A DNA stretch of 64,000 nucleotides from Candidatus Eiseniibacteriota bacterium (GCA_043810925.1 JBDRNT010000094.1:4805-68804), one strand, 5' to 3'; positions 35,573 to 46,616 are shown, counted from the first letter of the stretch. A program made the numbers and translations. The notes: generated by a model from the letters alone, not told the origin.

Positions 35573-36148
35573 ATGGGTGCATTGACTGAAATAAGGTGGC
35601 ATGGAAGAGGAGGGCAGGGTGCCAAAACCGCGTCATTCCTGCTTGCCGAGTCGCTTATAGACCAGGGCAAGTTCGCACAGGGCTTCCCTGACTACGGACC
35701 GGAGCGCATGGGTGCCCCGATAAGGGGATACAACAGAATATGCGACGAACCCGTGAGTCTCCACTGTGATGTGGCGGCTCCCGGTATCGTGATTGTCCTG
35801 GATCCGACCCTGATCGGAACTGATGACATCACGGGTGGACTTCTTAAGGACGGCACGGTGCTGGTCAATTCTCCGAGTGGTGCGGAGGAGATCAGGAAAG
35901 AGCTCGGTCTCGAGGGCGGCAGTGTGTATACGGTGGATGCCACGGGGATTGCTCTTGATGAGATCGGTAGACCCATTCCAAACCTACCCATGATAGGCGC
36001 GCTCCTAAAGGTGACCGGTCTGGCGGACATAGACAGCATGACGTCGATTGTGCGCAAGAAGTTTGAAGGCAAATTCACAAAGCCGATCATCGACGGCAAC
36101 GTAAGAGCTATGAAAAGGGCTTACGAGGAGGTAAGAGCAGAGAAATGA
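35573..36148 (+). CDS. porG: 2-oxoacid:ferredoxin oxidoreductase gamma subunit.
   Basis: 191 aa. The GRGGQGAKTAS motif of POR/VOR gamma subunits. Confidence 0.85.
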   Translation: MGALTEIRWHGRGGQGAKTASFLLAESLIDQGKFAQGFPDYGPERMGAPIRGYNRICDEPVSLHCDVAAPGIVIVLDPTLIGTDDITGGLLKDGTVLVNSPSGAEEIRKELGLEGGSVYTVDATGIALDEIGRPIPNLPMIGALLKVTGLADIDSMTSIVRKKFEGKFTKPIIDGNVRAMKRAYEEVRAEK

Positions 36149-36453
36149 AGAAGAAGGGGTGGAAGGAACTGGCGATTGGCGGACGAATAGATGAGGCGGG
36201 CTGCGCCGAACAATATGAAACCGGTTCGTGGCGCACCTTCAGGCCCGTAAGAGATGAGGAAAAGTGTACTCACTGTCTCAGGTGCTGGATCTACTGCCCT
36301 GATTCTGCCATAAAGGTTGAGGACGGCAAGGTGGTCGGCCTCGATCTCGATCACTGCAAGGGCTGCGGCATATGCGCCGAGGTCTGTCCGCCGAAGATAC
36401 ATGCGATCGAGATGATCCAGGAGGCCGAATTGAAGCAGAAGGAGCATGAGTGA
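36145..36453 (+). CDS. porD: 2-oxoacid:ferredoxin oxidoreductase delta subunit (2x[4Fe-4S] ferredoxin).
   Basis: CTHCLRCWIYCP and CKGCGICAEVCP. 4-nt overlaps on both sides. Confidence 0.85.
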   Translation: MKKKGWKELAIGGRIDEAGCAEQYETGSWRTFRPVRDEEKCTHCLRCWIYCPDSAIKVEDGKVVGLDLDHCKGCGICAEVCPPKIHAIEMIQEAELKQKEHE

Positions 36454-37646
36454 TGAAAACCATTGCAGAGAAGACGGTGATTGCACTCACCGGCAACGAT
36501 GCCGTTGCGGAGGCGATGAGGCAGGTCAATCCGGATGTCGTGGCCGCCTATCCGATAACGCCCCAGACCGAGCTCATGCACAAGTTCGCCGACTATGTTT
36601 CCGACGGCTGGGTTAAGACCGAGTTCGTGCTCGTGGAAAGCGAGCACAGTGCAATGAGCGCCGCCGTAGGTGCCTCGGCCGCGGGCGCCAGGGTGATGAC
36701 CGCTACATCTGCCAACGGGCTGGCCCTGATGTGGGAGATCCTCTACATAGCTGCTTCCACGCGTTGCCCGATAGTGATGGGGGTCGTAAACCGCGCCCTG
36801 AGCGCACCCATAAACATACACTGCGACCACAGCGATTCGATGGGTGCAAGAGATGCGGGCTGGATACACCTGCATTCCGAGAACTCACAGGAAGCATACG
36901 ATAACACTGTCCAGGCCGTCAGAATCGCCGAGAACAGGGATATCCTGCTGCCGGTGATGGTCTGCCTCGACGGATTCATCTTAAGCCACACGCTCGAGCC
37001 GGTTGAGCTCTTAAAAGACGCGACCGTGCAGAACTTCATCGGGGATTTCAAACCCGTACACGATCTTCTGAATACCGACAAACCGATGACATTCGGACCT
37101 CTGGACTTCCATGATTTCTACTTCGAACACAAGATTCCTCAGATCGAGGCAATGAAGAAAGCGCCGGAGGTTATAAGGAGCGTTGCGGCCGAATTCGAAA
37201 GTCTTTCCGGACGCCACTACGGCCTTGTCGAGCGCTACTTCACTGATGATGCGGAGCGCATAATAGTCGCGATCGGCTCAACATGCGGGACTACAAAGGC
37301 GGTCGTCGACAAACTCAGGGCCGACGGCCAGAAGGTGGGGCTCCTTAAGATAAGGAGCTTCAGACCGTTTCCGTATGCCGAGGTGAGAGAAGCGCTTTCG
37401 GGTGCAAAGGCGGTCGGGGTTCTCGACAGATCGCATTCATTCGGAGCCCAGGGCGGGCCGGTGATGATCGAAACAAGGTGTGCCCTTTACCACAACGCCG
37501 AGGTCCCCATCAAAGGCTATATCTACGGTCTCGGCGGACGTGACATGTCCGCGGCGCTTGTCGAGCAGGCATTCGAAGAACTCAAAGCACTGGTCTCGAG
37601 CGGCAGAAGCTCGGATGAAATCGGTTTTCTGGGTGTGAGGGAATAG
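36450..37646 (+). CDS. porA: 2-oxoacid:ferredoxin oxidoreductase alpha subunit.
   Basis: 398 aa POR alpha family protein (YPITPQTE...). Confidence 0.9.
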   Translation: MMKTIAEKTVIALTGNDAVAEAMRQVNPDVVAAYPITPQTELMHKFADYVSDGWVKTEFVLVESEHSAMSAAVGASAAGARVMTATSANGLALMWEILYIAASTRCPIVMGVVNRALSAPINIHCDHSDSMGARDAGWIHLHSENSQEAYDNTVQAVRIAENRDILLPVMVCLDGFILSHTLEPVELLKDATVQNFIGDFKPVHDLLNTDKPMTFGPLDFHDFYFEHKIPQIEAMKKAPEVIRSVAAEFESLSGRHYGLVERYFTDDAERIIVAIGSTCGTTKAVVDKLRADGQKVGLLKIRSFRPFPYAEVREALSGAKAVGVLDRSHSFGAQGGPVMIETRCALYHNAEVPIKGYIYGLGGRDMSAALVEQAFEELKALVSSGRSSDEIGFLGVRE

Positions 37647-37659
37647 GAGGTTTTTTAAA

Positions 37660-38619
37660 GTGGCAAGTCTAAAAGAGCTTTCCAAGCGAGAAGATCTTCT
37701 CACCGGTGGGCACCGGGCCTGTGCGGGGTGCGCCGCGACCATCGTCGCGCGCCAGGTGTTGCTGGCTGCGGGAAAAGATGTGGTCGTGGGATGTGCTACC
37801 GGGTGTCTCGAAGTTGTCACCACGATCTTTCCCTACACAGCGTGGAAGGTGCCCTACATACACAATGCCTTCGAGAACGTGGCCTCCACCGTGAGTGGGG
37901 TGGAGTCGGCCTACAGGTCGCTTAAGCGGCAGGGCAAGATCACCAAGGAAATGAAGTTTATCGCCTTCGGCGGTGACGGCGGTACGTACGATATCGGGCT
38001 TCAAGCGCTTTCGGGGATGGCCGAGCGGGGACACCGGATACTCTACATCTGCTACGACAATGAGGCTTATATGAATACCGGTATCCAGCGCTCGAGCGCT
38101 ACACCCATCGGGGCGGCGACATCGACATGCCCGGCGGGTGACGAGATACCCGGCAAGACCCAGTACCACAAAGACATGACGAAGATCATGGCCGCCCACA
38201 GAATTCCCTATGTCGCCCAGGCATCGCCGAGCAACTATGCGGATCTCATGCGTAAGGTCGAGAAAGCCCTTTCAAAGGACGGCCCGGGTTTCATCAACAT
38301 CCTGTCACCCTGCCACAGGGGCTGGCGTTACCCGATGGAAAAGACGATAGAAATTGCAAGGCTGGCCGTGGAGACGTGTTTCTGGCCGCTCTATGAGTGT
38401 GATGAAGGCGTGTGGAAGATAACCTATATGCCCAAAGAGAAGCTCCCGCTCAGCGAGTTCACCGGCAAGCAGGGCAGGTTCGATCATCTCAAAGACAACC
38501 CGGAGGTGCTCCAGGCAGGACAGGATGAGATCGACAGACGCTGGCGTGAGCTCCAGACACTTTCGGGCATCGGCAATCTCTGTGAAGCTGCGTGCGAAGA
38601 GCGTAAGGACGGCAATTGA
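37660..38619 (+). CDS. porB: 2-oxoacid:ferredoxin oxidoreductase beta subunit (TPP-binding).
   Basis: GTG start. The TPP motif GGDGGTYDIG and the Cys cluster CAGC...CATGC. Confidence 0.9.
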   Translation: MASLKELSKREDLLTGGHRACAGCAATIVARQVLLAAGKDVVVGCATGCLEVVTTIFPYTAWKVPYIHNAFENVASTVSGVESAYRSLKRQGKITKEMKFIAFGGDGGTYDIGLQALSGMAERGHRILYICYDNEAYMNTGIQRSSATPIGAATSTCPAGDEIPGKTQYHKDMTKIMAAHRIPYVAQASPSNYADLMRKVEKALSKDGPGFINILSPCHRGWRYPMEKTIEIARLAVETCFWPLYECDEGVWKITYMPKEKLPLSEFTGKQGRFDHLKDNPEVLQAGQDEIDRRWRELQTLSGIGNLCEAACEERKDGN

Positions 38620-39095
38620 GAAGAAGTCCCGCCGATAGTCTGGCTGTGGCGGTCGGCACCGGTATCTACTCCGGCTACTTCCCCATATTTCCCGGCACGG
38701 TGGGCAGTGCCGTCGGGATCGTGCTCTACCTGGTCCTTGTCCGTTTGGGTATTCTCGCCCAGGACTTCTCGGCCGCCTGGCTTGTCACCGTGGGTGTCGT
38801 CTTCGCAGGGGGCGTTCTGTCCGCCCACAGGTGCGAGACCCTGTTCGGTCAGGACAACAAGCGGATCGTGATCGATGAGGTTTGGGGCATGCTGATCGCG
38901 CTCTTCATGCTGCCCGTGTCCTGGTGGTGGATGCTCTGGGCATTTCTGATCTTCCGTTTTCTCGACATAGTCAAACCCTTTCCGGCACGGCGGGCTGAAC
39001 GCATGGGCGGCGGCCTTGCGATCATGCTGGATGACGGCATTGCAGGGGCGTATACAGTTCTTATCCTCCAGATACTAAAAGCCATTCTTGGGTGA
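38616..39095 (+). CDS. pgpA: Phosphatidylglycerophosphatase A.
   Basis: 159 aa membrane protein with the PgpA family motifs GTVGS and DIVKP. Confidence 0.8.
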   Translation: MRRSPADSLAVAVGTGIYSGYFPIFPGTVGSAVGIVLYLVLVRLGILAQDFSAAWLVTVGVVFAGGVLSAHRCETLFGQDNKRIVIDEVWGMLIALFMLPVSWWWMLWAFLIFRFLDIVKPFPARRAERMGGGLAIMLDDGIAGAYTVLILQILKAILG

Positions 39096-39101
39096 CGACC
39101 G

Positions 39102-40358
39102 ATGAGAGCGAGCATTATCACGATCGGCGATGAGCTAATCGGCGGTGAGACGGTCGACACCAATTCCGTATACCTTGCACGGCGGTTGGGGGAGCTCGGG
39201 ATCGGCGTGGTGCGTATTGTCAGCATTGCCGATGATGCGGATGAAATCTCCTCCGAGCTGATGCGTGCCGTGGACGAGGCGGATCTTGTTTTTGTAACCG
39301 GGGGCCTCGGATCGACTGCCGATGATGTTACCAAGTGCGCGGTGGCCCGCGCGACGGGGCGGGAGCCGTTTGTCGATGAGCGCCTGTTGAGTGACCTCAA
39401 GGAACGCTTCAAAGACCACAAAGGTGTCCAGCCATACGTGCTTGAGAACCTGGCGACGCTTCCCGGGGGTTCAAGGCCGCTTGAAAACCCGGTCGGCGCT
39501 GCGGCCGGCCTCGCTGTGTCCTTTAGGGACAGCACGGTATACCTGTTCCCGGGTGTGCCGCGCGAGATGGAAGCGATCTTCGAGGGAACAGTTGTCGGGG
39601 AACTCAGAGAGCGTCGATCCGACGAATTCAGGAAGACGAGGCTCGTGAGGACCATAGGTATAAGTGAATCCCGGATCGCCGAACGGCTGGAGCACATGCT
39701 TCCCCTGCCGGGTATTTCGCTCGGGTCTCTCCCGAGAACGGCCGGTGTTGACTTAAGACTCACTGCGACGGCCGGGAACGAGGCCGAAGCCGACAGCGCC
39801 CTTGAAGCGGCAATCGAGATGATGACCGGACCCCTTGGACGGCAGGTCTATTCGACTGAAGGGGAGGACCTGCATGTCGTTGTCGGCAGGATGCTCATTG
39901 AAAAGCGGAAGACGATTGCTGTTGCCGAGTCATGTACCGGGGGGCTTGTTGCCCATCTTCTGACCGACGTCGCAGGTATCTCAGCGAGTCTCGAGCGTGG
40001 AATCGTCTCGTACAGCAACGAGGCCAAGGTGGAGAGCCTCAATGTCGATGAGGCGCTGATACGCGATCATGGAGCCGTGAGTCCGGAGGTTGCGGATGCG
40101 ATGGCGCGCTGTGTCAGACGTCTCGCAGGCACCGACATAGGAGTTTCCACGACCGGGATTGCAGGACCCGCGGGTGGGACTGAGGATAAGCCCGTGGGGC
40201 TGGTCTATACGGCACTCGCCTGTGACGAGGGATGCACGGTAAGCAAGAACGTCTTCAGAGGTGCGAGGACCGTCGTAAAGCAGCGGGCCGCGGCACATGT
40301 CCTCGATATGATAAGATGCCACCTGCTTGATGCGGAGCGTGAGCAATGGACAAGATAA
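39102..40358 (+). CDS. cinA: CinA-family protein (MocF-like N-terminal domain plus PncC-like C-terminal NMN deamidase domain).
   Basis: MRASIITIGDELIGG N-terminus and the CinA C-terminal domain. Confidence 0.85.
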   Translation: MRASIITIGDELIGGETVDTNSVYLARRLGELGIGVVRIVSIADDADEISSELMRAVDEADLVFVTGGLGSTADDVTKCAVARATGREPFVDERLLSDLKERFKDHKGVQPYVLENLATLPGGSRPLENPVGAAAGLAVSFRDSTVYLFPGVPREMEAIFEGTVVGELRERRSDEFRKTRLVRTIGISESRIAERLEHMLPLPGISLGSLPRTAGVDLRLTATAGNEAEADSALEAAIEMMTGPLGRQVYSTEGEDLHVVVGRMLIEKRKTIAVAESCTGGLVAHLLTDVAGISASLERGIVSYSNEAKVESLNVDEALIRDHGAVSPEVADAMARCVRRLAGTDIGVSTTGIAGPAGGTEDKPVGLVYTALACDEGCTVSKNVFRGARTVVKQRAAAHVLDMIRCHLLDAEREQWTR

Positions 40359-40921
40359 GAGCCTTTATAGCCGTCCCGATACCCGATGAGGTCAAGACGG
40401 TCGTGGGCGAGGTTGAAGACGATCTAAGACAAGCCGGCGCGGATGTGAAGTGGGTGGTTCCCGGGAACGTTCACATCACGCTTAAGTTCCTGGGCGACAT
40501 ACTGGTGGACAGTGTCGGCGTGCTCGTGCGTGCACTCTCCGACGGCCTCCGGGGCGCCCGTTCCTTTGAGGTCATGCTCGCGGGAACGGGGACCTTTCCC
40601 CACGGGCGGCGGGCGCCGCGGGTGGTGTGGATCGGGATGGAAGACGGGAAGGAGCGCCTGGCTGAAATCGCCGGCAGCGTTGAAGAGGCCTGCTTCCGGC
40701 TGGGCTATGAGAAGGAGGATAGACCCTTCCGGCCCCACCTTACGATCGGCAGGGTGCGGAGAGATTCCGGCAACCTCGAGCGCCTGAGAGAGCATGTGGA
40801 AAAGGTCGAATTTAAACCCTTGAAACTGGAAGTCAATCGCGTTAATCTCGTAAGAAGTAAGCTCAGCCCCCGAGGGCCTGCCTATACGGTTCTAGAGAGT
40901 CTTACTCTCGAGCGGTCATGA
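40346..40921 (+). CDS. thpR: RNA 2',3'-cyclic phosphodiesterase (2H family, ThpR/LigT).
   Basis: Two HxT/S motifs (HITLKF and HLTIGR). Confidence 0.8.
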   Translation: MDKIRAFIAVPIPDEVKTVVGEVEDDLRQAGADVKWVVPGNVHITLKFLGDILVDSVGVLVRALSDGLRGARSFEVMLAGTGTFPHGRRAPRVVWIGMEDGKERLAEIAGSVEEACFRLGYEKEDRPFRPHLTIGRVRRDSGNLERLREHVEKVEFKPLKLEVNRVNLVRSKLSPRGPAYTVLESLTLERS

Positions 40922-40937
40922 GAAGGGAGGTTGGGGT

Positions 40938-41996
40938 ATGGTTTCGAAGCAGAAGTCTGCACGGGTGGAAAAGACAGTTGATCGGTCCGGTAATAAGACC
41001 CAGGCACTTGAGGTCGCGATCACCCAGATAGAGCGGCAGTACGGTAAAGGATCCATAATGCGGCTCGGTGAGGGTGCTACATGCGAAGAGATAGGCATTA
41101 TCTCTACAGGTTCAATCGGGCTTGATACCGCGCTCGGGATAGGAGGGGTCCCCCGGGGGAGAGTGGTCGAGGTGTTCGGTCCGGAGTCCTCGGGCAAGAC
41201 CACGCTCGTACTTCACATCATTGCAGAGGCACAGAAGACCGGCGGGCTCGCAGCATTCATCGACGCGGAGCACGCGCTCGATCCGTCCTATGCCCGGAAG
41301 CTGGGTGTGGATGTCGATAACCTGCTCGTCTCGCAGCCCGACACGGGTGAGCAGGCACTCGAGATAACCGACATGCTCGTAAGGAGCGGGGCACTCGCTC
41401 TGGTTGCCATCGACTCGGTGGCCGCACTCGTACCGCGGGCGGAGATCGACGGCGAGATGGGTGAGACCCAGATGGGACTCCAGGCGCGGCTGATGTCTCA
41501 GGCCCTGAGAAAGCTAACGGGAAGTATAAGTAAATCAAGAACTTGTGTGATTTTCGTAAACCAGATTCGAATGAATATCGGTGTGATGTTCGGCAACCCC
41601 GAAACAACCTCGGGAGGCCGGGCTCTCAAGTTCTACTCATCGGTGCGGATCGACATAAGAAGGATCGGCTCGATCAAGGACCGCGACCAGATGATCGGCA
41701 ACAGAACACGGGCCAAGGTGGTCAAGAACAAGGTGGCGCCGCCGTTTAAAGATGCCGAATTCGACATCATCTATGGTGAGGGTATCTCCCGGGAAGGCGA
41801 GCTCATCGACCTGGGCATCATCCACAATCTGATCGAGAAGAGCGGGACGTGGTTCTCATTCGGTAAGGAACGCCTGGGCCAGGGCAGGGACAACGCAAGG
41901 AAGTACCTCACAGAGAATGCAGAACTTGCGAACAGTATCGAGACGAGGATCAGGGAGATACTGGAGCTGCCGGCGAAATCAACGCCAAGTGCGTGA
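40938..41996 (+). CDS. recA: Recombinase A.
   Basis: GPESSGKTT Walker A and the full RecA core. Confidence 0.95.
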   Translation: MVSKQKSARVEKTVDRSGNKTQALEVAITQIERQYGKGSIMRLGEGATCEEIGIISTGSIGLDTALGIGGVPRGRVVEVFGPESSGKTTLVLHIIAEAQKTGGLAAFIDAEHALDPSYARKLGVDVDNLLVSQPDTGEQALEITDMLVRSGALALVAIDSVAALVPRAEIDGEMGETQMGLQARLMSQALRKLTGSISKSRTCVIFVNQIRMNIGVMFGNPETTSGGRALKFYSSVRIDIRRIGSIKDRDQMIGNRTRAKVVKNKVAPPFKDAEFDIIYGEGISREGELIDLGIIHNLIEKSGTWFSFGKERLGQGRDNARKYLTENAELANSIETRIREILELPAKSTPSA

Positions 41997-41997
41997 C

Positions 41998-42663
41998 ATG
42001 ACCCGGTGTCAGGCTGCACCCACGATATCCGCGGTGGAGAAAGTCTCTCGCAAGCAGGAGTATCTTCTCAGGCTCTCGGACGGCTCCACGATCAGGGTTC
42101 TCAAAGAGCACCTGACGCGTTCCGGACTTGAAGAAGGACGGCCGTTGGGGGAGGATACCAGACGTGAGATCGCCGACTCGTATGAATACGCCAAAGCCAG
42201 GGAAATCGCGCTCCGGCTCCTGAAGACGCGGCCGCGGACAGAGGAGGAATTGAAGCGGCGTTTCCGAAAATCTGATCTCAGGGTGAAGATCTGGGAACGG
42301 GTTCTGGATGATCTTAAGGACGAGGGGCAGGTAGACGATCGAGTGTTCGCGCAACTCTGGATCAGGGAGAAGATCGGCAGGGCCGGCTCAGGGAGAAAGC
42401 GTATCGCAAGCGACTTAAGATCGAAGGGGATCGACAGGACAATAGTCGAAGAAGAGATCGCCAGGAATTACGATGACGCTGATGAGACCGAGATAGCAAA
42501 ACGGCTTGCGATCAAACGGTTGGGCAGGTTGAAATCCCTGCCTGCAGGTGTGGCAAGGCGGCGGATCTACGGTCTTCTTCTGAGACGCGGCTTTCAGTCC
42601 GATGTTGCATCGGCCGCACTCGAAGCAGCTCTTGAAACGGCAAGCAGGGAAGAGACGACATGA
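41998..42663 (+). CDS. recX: RecA regulator RecX.
   Basis: ATG 1 nt after the recA stop. Three-helix repeats typical of RecX. Canonical recA-recX-alaS order. Confidence 0.75.
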   Translation: MTRCQAAPTISAVEKVSRKQEYLLRLSDGSTIRVLKEHLTRSGLEEGRPLGEDTRREIADSYEYAKAREIALRLLKTRPRTEEELKRRFRKSDLRVKIWERVLDDLKDEGQVDDRVFAQLWIREKIGRAGSGRKRIASDLRSKGIDRTIVEEEIARNYDDADETEIAKRLAIKRLGRLKSLPAGVARRRIYGLLLRRGFQSDVASAALEAALETASREETT

Positions 42664-45254
42664 AAGCGGATGAGCTACGCAGATTGTTCTTAGAGTTCTT
42701 CAAGGAACGGGGTCACACCGTGGTGCCGAGCGCCTCGCTTGTGCCCGAGGGTGATCCCTCGCTTCTTTTCAATATCGCGGGCATGGTCCAGTTCAAGCAG
42801 TTTTACGCAGCCAGGGGGGAGATCCCGTTCACCAGAACCGCTTCGATTCAGAAGTGCCTTAGGGCTAATGATCTTGAAGAGGTGGGCCGTACGATAAAGC
42901 ACCATACCTTCTTCGAGATGCTCGGGAATTTCTCCTTCGGCGACTACTTCAAGGAAGAGGCGATTGACTGGGCGTGGGAGTTCCTCACGGAAGTACTCGG
43001 GATAGACCCCGGGCGCCTCTATGTCACGGTCTTCAGGGATGACGACGAAAGTGAGAAGCTGTGGGCCGAGCGCATCGGCGTACCCATGAGCCGCATCTAC
43101 CGTCTGGATGAGTGTGACAACTTCTGGGGTCCGGCGGGTCTTACAGGTGCGTGCGGACCCTGCTCGGAGATCCACTTCGATCTGGGCGAGGACATGGGCT
43201 GCGGAAAGGCCGACTGTACGCCCGCATGCGATTGCGACCGCTTCGTCGAAGTCTGGAACCTGGTGTTCCCTCAGTTCTTCCAGAGGGAAGACGGCAGCCG
43301 CGGGCCGCTGGAACGCAGGGGTGTCGATACGGGCATGGGGCTTGAGCGTCTCGCCATTGTGTGCCAGGGTGTTAAGTCCACCTATGAAACCGATCTCCTT
43401 AAGCCCATACGTGACTTCGTCGTGGATGAGGCCGGTCTTGAGACCATGGATGCAATCCAGGAGGTCGGCGCAAGCGTGATCTCCGATCATGCACGGGCGC
43501 TTTGCTTCGCCATAAGCGAGGGAGTGCTCCCGTCCAATGAAGGCCGTGGCTACGTCATACGGCGGATCCTGCGCCGGGCTGTCGTCAAGGCGATGGAGCT
43601 GGGAATCGAAGAAGCGTTCCTGTTCAAGGTGGTCGGCAGGGTGATTGACGTAATGCTGAGTGCATACCCGGAGGTTGCTGAGAACCGGGAGAAGATCGCG
43701 CTTATAGTAAAGACGGATGAGGAACGCTTCCAGAGGACGCTGGCGCGCGGGATGGCGATATTCAAGGATACCTTAAGTGACCTGGACGCCAGGGGAGAAA
43801 AGACGATTTCGGGAGAGACGGTGTTCAAACTCTACGATACGTATGGCTTCCCGGTTGAGATCACGCAGGAGCTCGCGGGGAACCACGGGCTCGCCATCGA
43901 TCTCGATGCCTTTGAAAGCGAGATGGAAAAGCAGCGCTGCCGCGCACGGCAGGCGAGCCGGATCGGGGCTGATGGCGAGACCGCCGACGATGTGGTGCGC
44001 GCCCCCGATAACTTCGTTGGCTACGATAACCTTGAAGTCCCGACCGTGGTCTCGACGATTACCGGCGAAGGTGAAGAGATCGTAATTGAGCTTGAACGAA
44101 CGCCGTTCTATCCGGAGGGTGGAGGCCAGGTGGGGGACGTTGGAATCCTGGTCGGAAACAGCGGCAGAGGTACGGTCAAGGAAGTGAGATGGCTGGGCGG
44201 AAGCAAGATTGCGCATCGCGTCGTGGTTACCCAGGGAAGCCTCAAGGCGGGTGAGGGTGTCGTCGCGAAAGTGGATGTCGCACGGAGAAAGGCAAGCCAG
44301 CGAAACCACACGGCGACCCATCTTCTGCATGCGGCGCTCAGGTCCGTCCTCGGCGGGCACGTGCGGCAGTCGGGTTCGCTTGTCGGTCCGGACAGACTGC
44401 GTTTCGATTTCACACACTATGAACCGCTGTCCGATGAGGATGTTGCTGCCATAGAGGACATCGTGAACAGCCGTGTTCTTGACAACATACCCGTCAGGGC
44501 ATCAATGGAAGCATTTGAGGATGCAAAGGCGAAGGGCGCCATAGCGTTGTTCGGAGATAAATACGGGCAACAGGTCAGGATGATAGATATCGACCAGACG
44601 AGCTGCGAGCTCTGTGGCGGTACCCATGTCAGGTCAACCGGTGAGATAGGCGGGTTCAGGGTGGTGTCCGAGTCTGGAATCGCGGCCGGCGTGCGGAGGA
44701 TCGAAGCGGCGACAGGTGAGGCTGCGATCGCAATCGGCAGGGATGCCGCGAGGGAGCTCGAGCAGATTGCTTCGATTCTCAAGGTGCCGGTCCACGATCT
44801 CAGCGACGGGGCACGCAAGACCATCGAGAAGGTCAAGGCGCTCGAGAAGGAGGTCTCGGAGCTCAGGCAACGGCTGGCCGGAAGCGAGGTCGACGATATA
44901 CTGGCAAACGTCAAGGATGTCGACGGCATCAAGGTCGTGAGTGCCAGGGTTACGGCCCCGAACGTCGAGATACTCAAGCACCTGACCGACAAGATAAAAG
45001 AGCGGCTGCCCTATGGTGTCGTCTGCGTCGGCAGCGCGGTCGGAGACAGGGCGATCATTGTTGTGGGAGTCGACCCCGCGGTGGCCGAAGAGAAGGGTGT
45101 CAAGGCGTCGCTCATAGCAAAGAAGCTCGGGGAGATGGTGGGTGGAAAGGGCGGAGGCAAGGATACATTCGCCCAGGCGGGTGGCAGAAACGTGGACAGT
45201 CTGGTTGCCACGCTTGAGCGGTGTGTGGAGGTGGTAGCAGGTCTTGTCAAGTAA
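42660..45254 (+). CDS. alaS: Alanine--tRNA ligase.
   Basis: 864 aa with class II aaRS motifs and the HxxxH...CGGTH editing domain. Confidence 0.95.
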   Translation: MKADELRRLFLEFFKERGHTVVPSASLVPEGDPSLLFNIAGMVQFKQFYAARGEIPFTRTASIQKCLRANDLEEVGRTIKHHTFFEMLGNFSFGDYFKEEAIDWAWEFLTEVLGIDPGRLYVTVFRDDDESEKLWAERIGVPMSRIYRLDECDNFWGPAGLTGACGPCSEIHFDLGEDMGCGKADCTPACDCDRFVEVWNLVFPQFFQREDGSRGPLERRGVDTGMGLERLAIVCQGVKSTYETDLLKPIRDFVVDEAGLETMDAIQEVGASVISDHARALCFAISEGVLPSNEGRGYVIRRILRRAVVKAMELGIEEAFLFKVVGRVIDVMLSAYPEVAENREKIALIVKTDEERFQRTLARGMAIFKDTLSDLDARGEKTISGETVFKLYDTYGFPVEITQELAGNHGLAIDLDAFESEMEKQRCRARQASRIGADGETADDVVRAPDNFVGYDNLEVPTVVSTITGEGEEIVIELERTPFYPEGGGQVGDVGILVGNSGRGTVKEVRWLGGSKIAHRVVVTQGSLKAGEGVVAKVDVARRKASQRNHTATHLLHAALRSVLGGHVRQSGSLVGPDRLRFDFTHYEPLSDEDVAAIEDIVNSRVLDNIPVRASMEAFEDAKAKGAIALFGDKYGQQVRMIDIDQTSCELCGGTHVRSTGEIGGFRVVSESGIAAGVRRIEAATGEAAIAIGRDAARELEQIASILKVPVHDLSDGARKTIEKVKALEKEVSELRQRLAGSEVDDILANVKDVDGIKVVSARVTAPNVEILKHLTDKIKERLPYGVVCVGSAVGDRAIIVVGVDPAVAEEKGVKASLIAKKLGEMVGGKGGGKDTFAQAGGRNVDSLVATLERCVEVVAGLVK

Positions 45255-45444
45255 CGACCCGCGAGAGTCGGACATCAGCATCAAGTGTATCTGGACGTGC
45301 GGACTCTGCAGTGCCGTTTGCCGCGACATGGCGATATCTTACAGGCCGGATTCCGTAGAGGTGGATAAGTCCGTCTGCTCGGGATGTCTTGTCTGTGTCA
45401 AGGTGTGCCCGGCCGGCATGCTGGGGGAAGAGACCTTTGCGTGA
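45244..45444 (+). CDS. Small 2x[4Fe-4S]-type ferredoxin, the presumptive electron donor for the adjacent reductase.
   Basis: 66 aa. CIWTCGLCSAVC and CSGCLVCVKVCP. Overlaps alaS by 11 nt and overlaps the GGR start. Confidence 0.6.
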   Translation: MSSNDPRESDISIKCIWTCGLCSAVCRDMAISYRPDSVEVDKSVCSGCLVCVKVCPAGMLGEETFA

Positions 45445-46615
45445 TTTCGATGTCGTTGTAGTTGGGGGTGGATGCTCGGGTCTGTGGGCGGCGAGGGCGG
45501 CGGCCATGGCCGGCGCGAACACGCTGCTCGTTGAGAAAGCCACGCGCATCGGCGAACGTATCGTGTGTGCGGAGGGTGTGGGTGCCGATGGCATGGCTGA
45601 GCTCGTGGATCTTAAGCCCGAATGGGTAGCAACAACCATAGACCGGGTGAATCTGTTTGCCCCCGGCGAGAAAACCGTAGAGTTCACGGAGCAGGGTTGC
45701 GGTTACGTGCTCAACAAGGGGATTTTCCTTCTCGGGCTCTCGCGTATGGCCGCGGAGGCCGGTGTCGAGATGTGGCCGGGGACCCGGGCGACTGCGGTAA
45801 AGGCGCTGGATTCAGGTGGTGTACGGATCGACGTCGAAGCACCGGGCCGTAATCGAACGATAACGGCCGGAGCGGTGGTCGCTGCCGACGGTGTTGAAGC
45901 TTCCATTGCAAGACAGGTGGGGATACATGACGGCCTCCGGGCTGAAGACGTTTTCTCATGCGCGCAGTATACGGTTGCCCCGATCGATGCGGACCCTCAT
46001 ACGGTGGAATTTCACTTCGGAACGGAAATATCCCCCGGCGGATACGCCTGGGTCTTCCCAAAGGGTGATTCAGTCGCCAATGTCGGTGTCGGTGTCATCC
46101 CCGGTGTGTCCGCTGATCGTAAGCCCGCCGAATACCTTGAGACGTTTAAGCGTCGTCGTTGTCCGGAATCGAAGATACTCGCTTATGTGGTAGGAGGGGT
46201 GCCGACCGTCAAGGACCCGTCGAGGGCGTCGAAGTCGGGAGTCTTCCTGGCCGGGGACGCTGCGGGGATCACGGACCCGGTCTCGGGCGCGGGAATCGTG
46301 CCGGGAATGGAGTCGGGGGCCGTGGCCGGTGAGCATGCCGTCAGGTATGCTGCGACCGGCAGTGATGGCCGTGCCGTGGAAAAGGAGTTCGCCGCGAGCC
46401 TCAAATCACTTCTCAAGGACCGGCGCATCAGGTACGCTGTCAGAAAGGTGCTGTCCAATATGGACGATAAGGAACTTGCCAGGATGATCGAGGCCACCGG
46501 TGAGTATGTGGCCGGCGGCAAGACGATACGGGGCGATCCGTTCCGGCTTGTGAAATTTATGGTCAAGGTAATGCCGAACACGTTTGGGATCATCAAACAC
46601 ATTGTGAGGGTCTAA
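45431..46615 (+). CDS. Geranylgeranyl reductase family FAD-dependent oxidoreductase.
   Basis: DFDVVVVGGGCSGLWAARAAA FAD fold. GGYAWVFPKGD GGR-family motif. In-frame TTG start at 45431. An alternative ATG lies at 45389. Confidence 0.8.
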   Translation, partial: RPLRDFDVVVVGGGCSGLWAARAAAMAGANTLLVEKATRIGERIVCAEGVGADGMAELVDLKPEWVATTIDRVNLFAPGEKTVEFTEQGCGYVLNKGIFLLGLSRMAAEAGVEMWPGTRATAVKALDSGGVRIDVEAPGRNRTITAGAVVAADGVEASIARQVGIHDGLRAEDVFSCAQYTVAPIDADPHTVEFHFGTEISPGGYAWVFPKGDSVANVGVGVIPGVSADRKPAEYLETFKRRRCPESKILAYVVGGVPTVKDPSRASKSGVFLAGDAAGITDPVSGAGIVPGMESGAVAGEHAVRYAATGSDGRAVEKEFAASLKSLLKDRRIRYAVRKVLSNMDDKELARMIEATGEYVAGGKTIRGDPFRLVKFMVKVMPNTFGIIKHIVRV

Positions 46616-46616
46616 G

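Noticed and set aside
41917-41997. Longer recX start overlapping recA by 80 nt.
   Set aside because: The extension is Arg-rich with no homology. The ATG 1 nt after the recA stop gives a normal-length RecX.
45431-46615. GGR-family reductase as a chlorophyll/bacteriochlorophyll ChlP.
   Set aside because: There are no photosynthesis or chlorophyll genes in the window. Its placement between a ferredoxin and a GGGPS homologue favours a lipid role.
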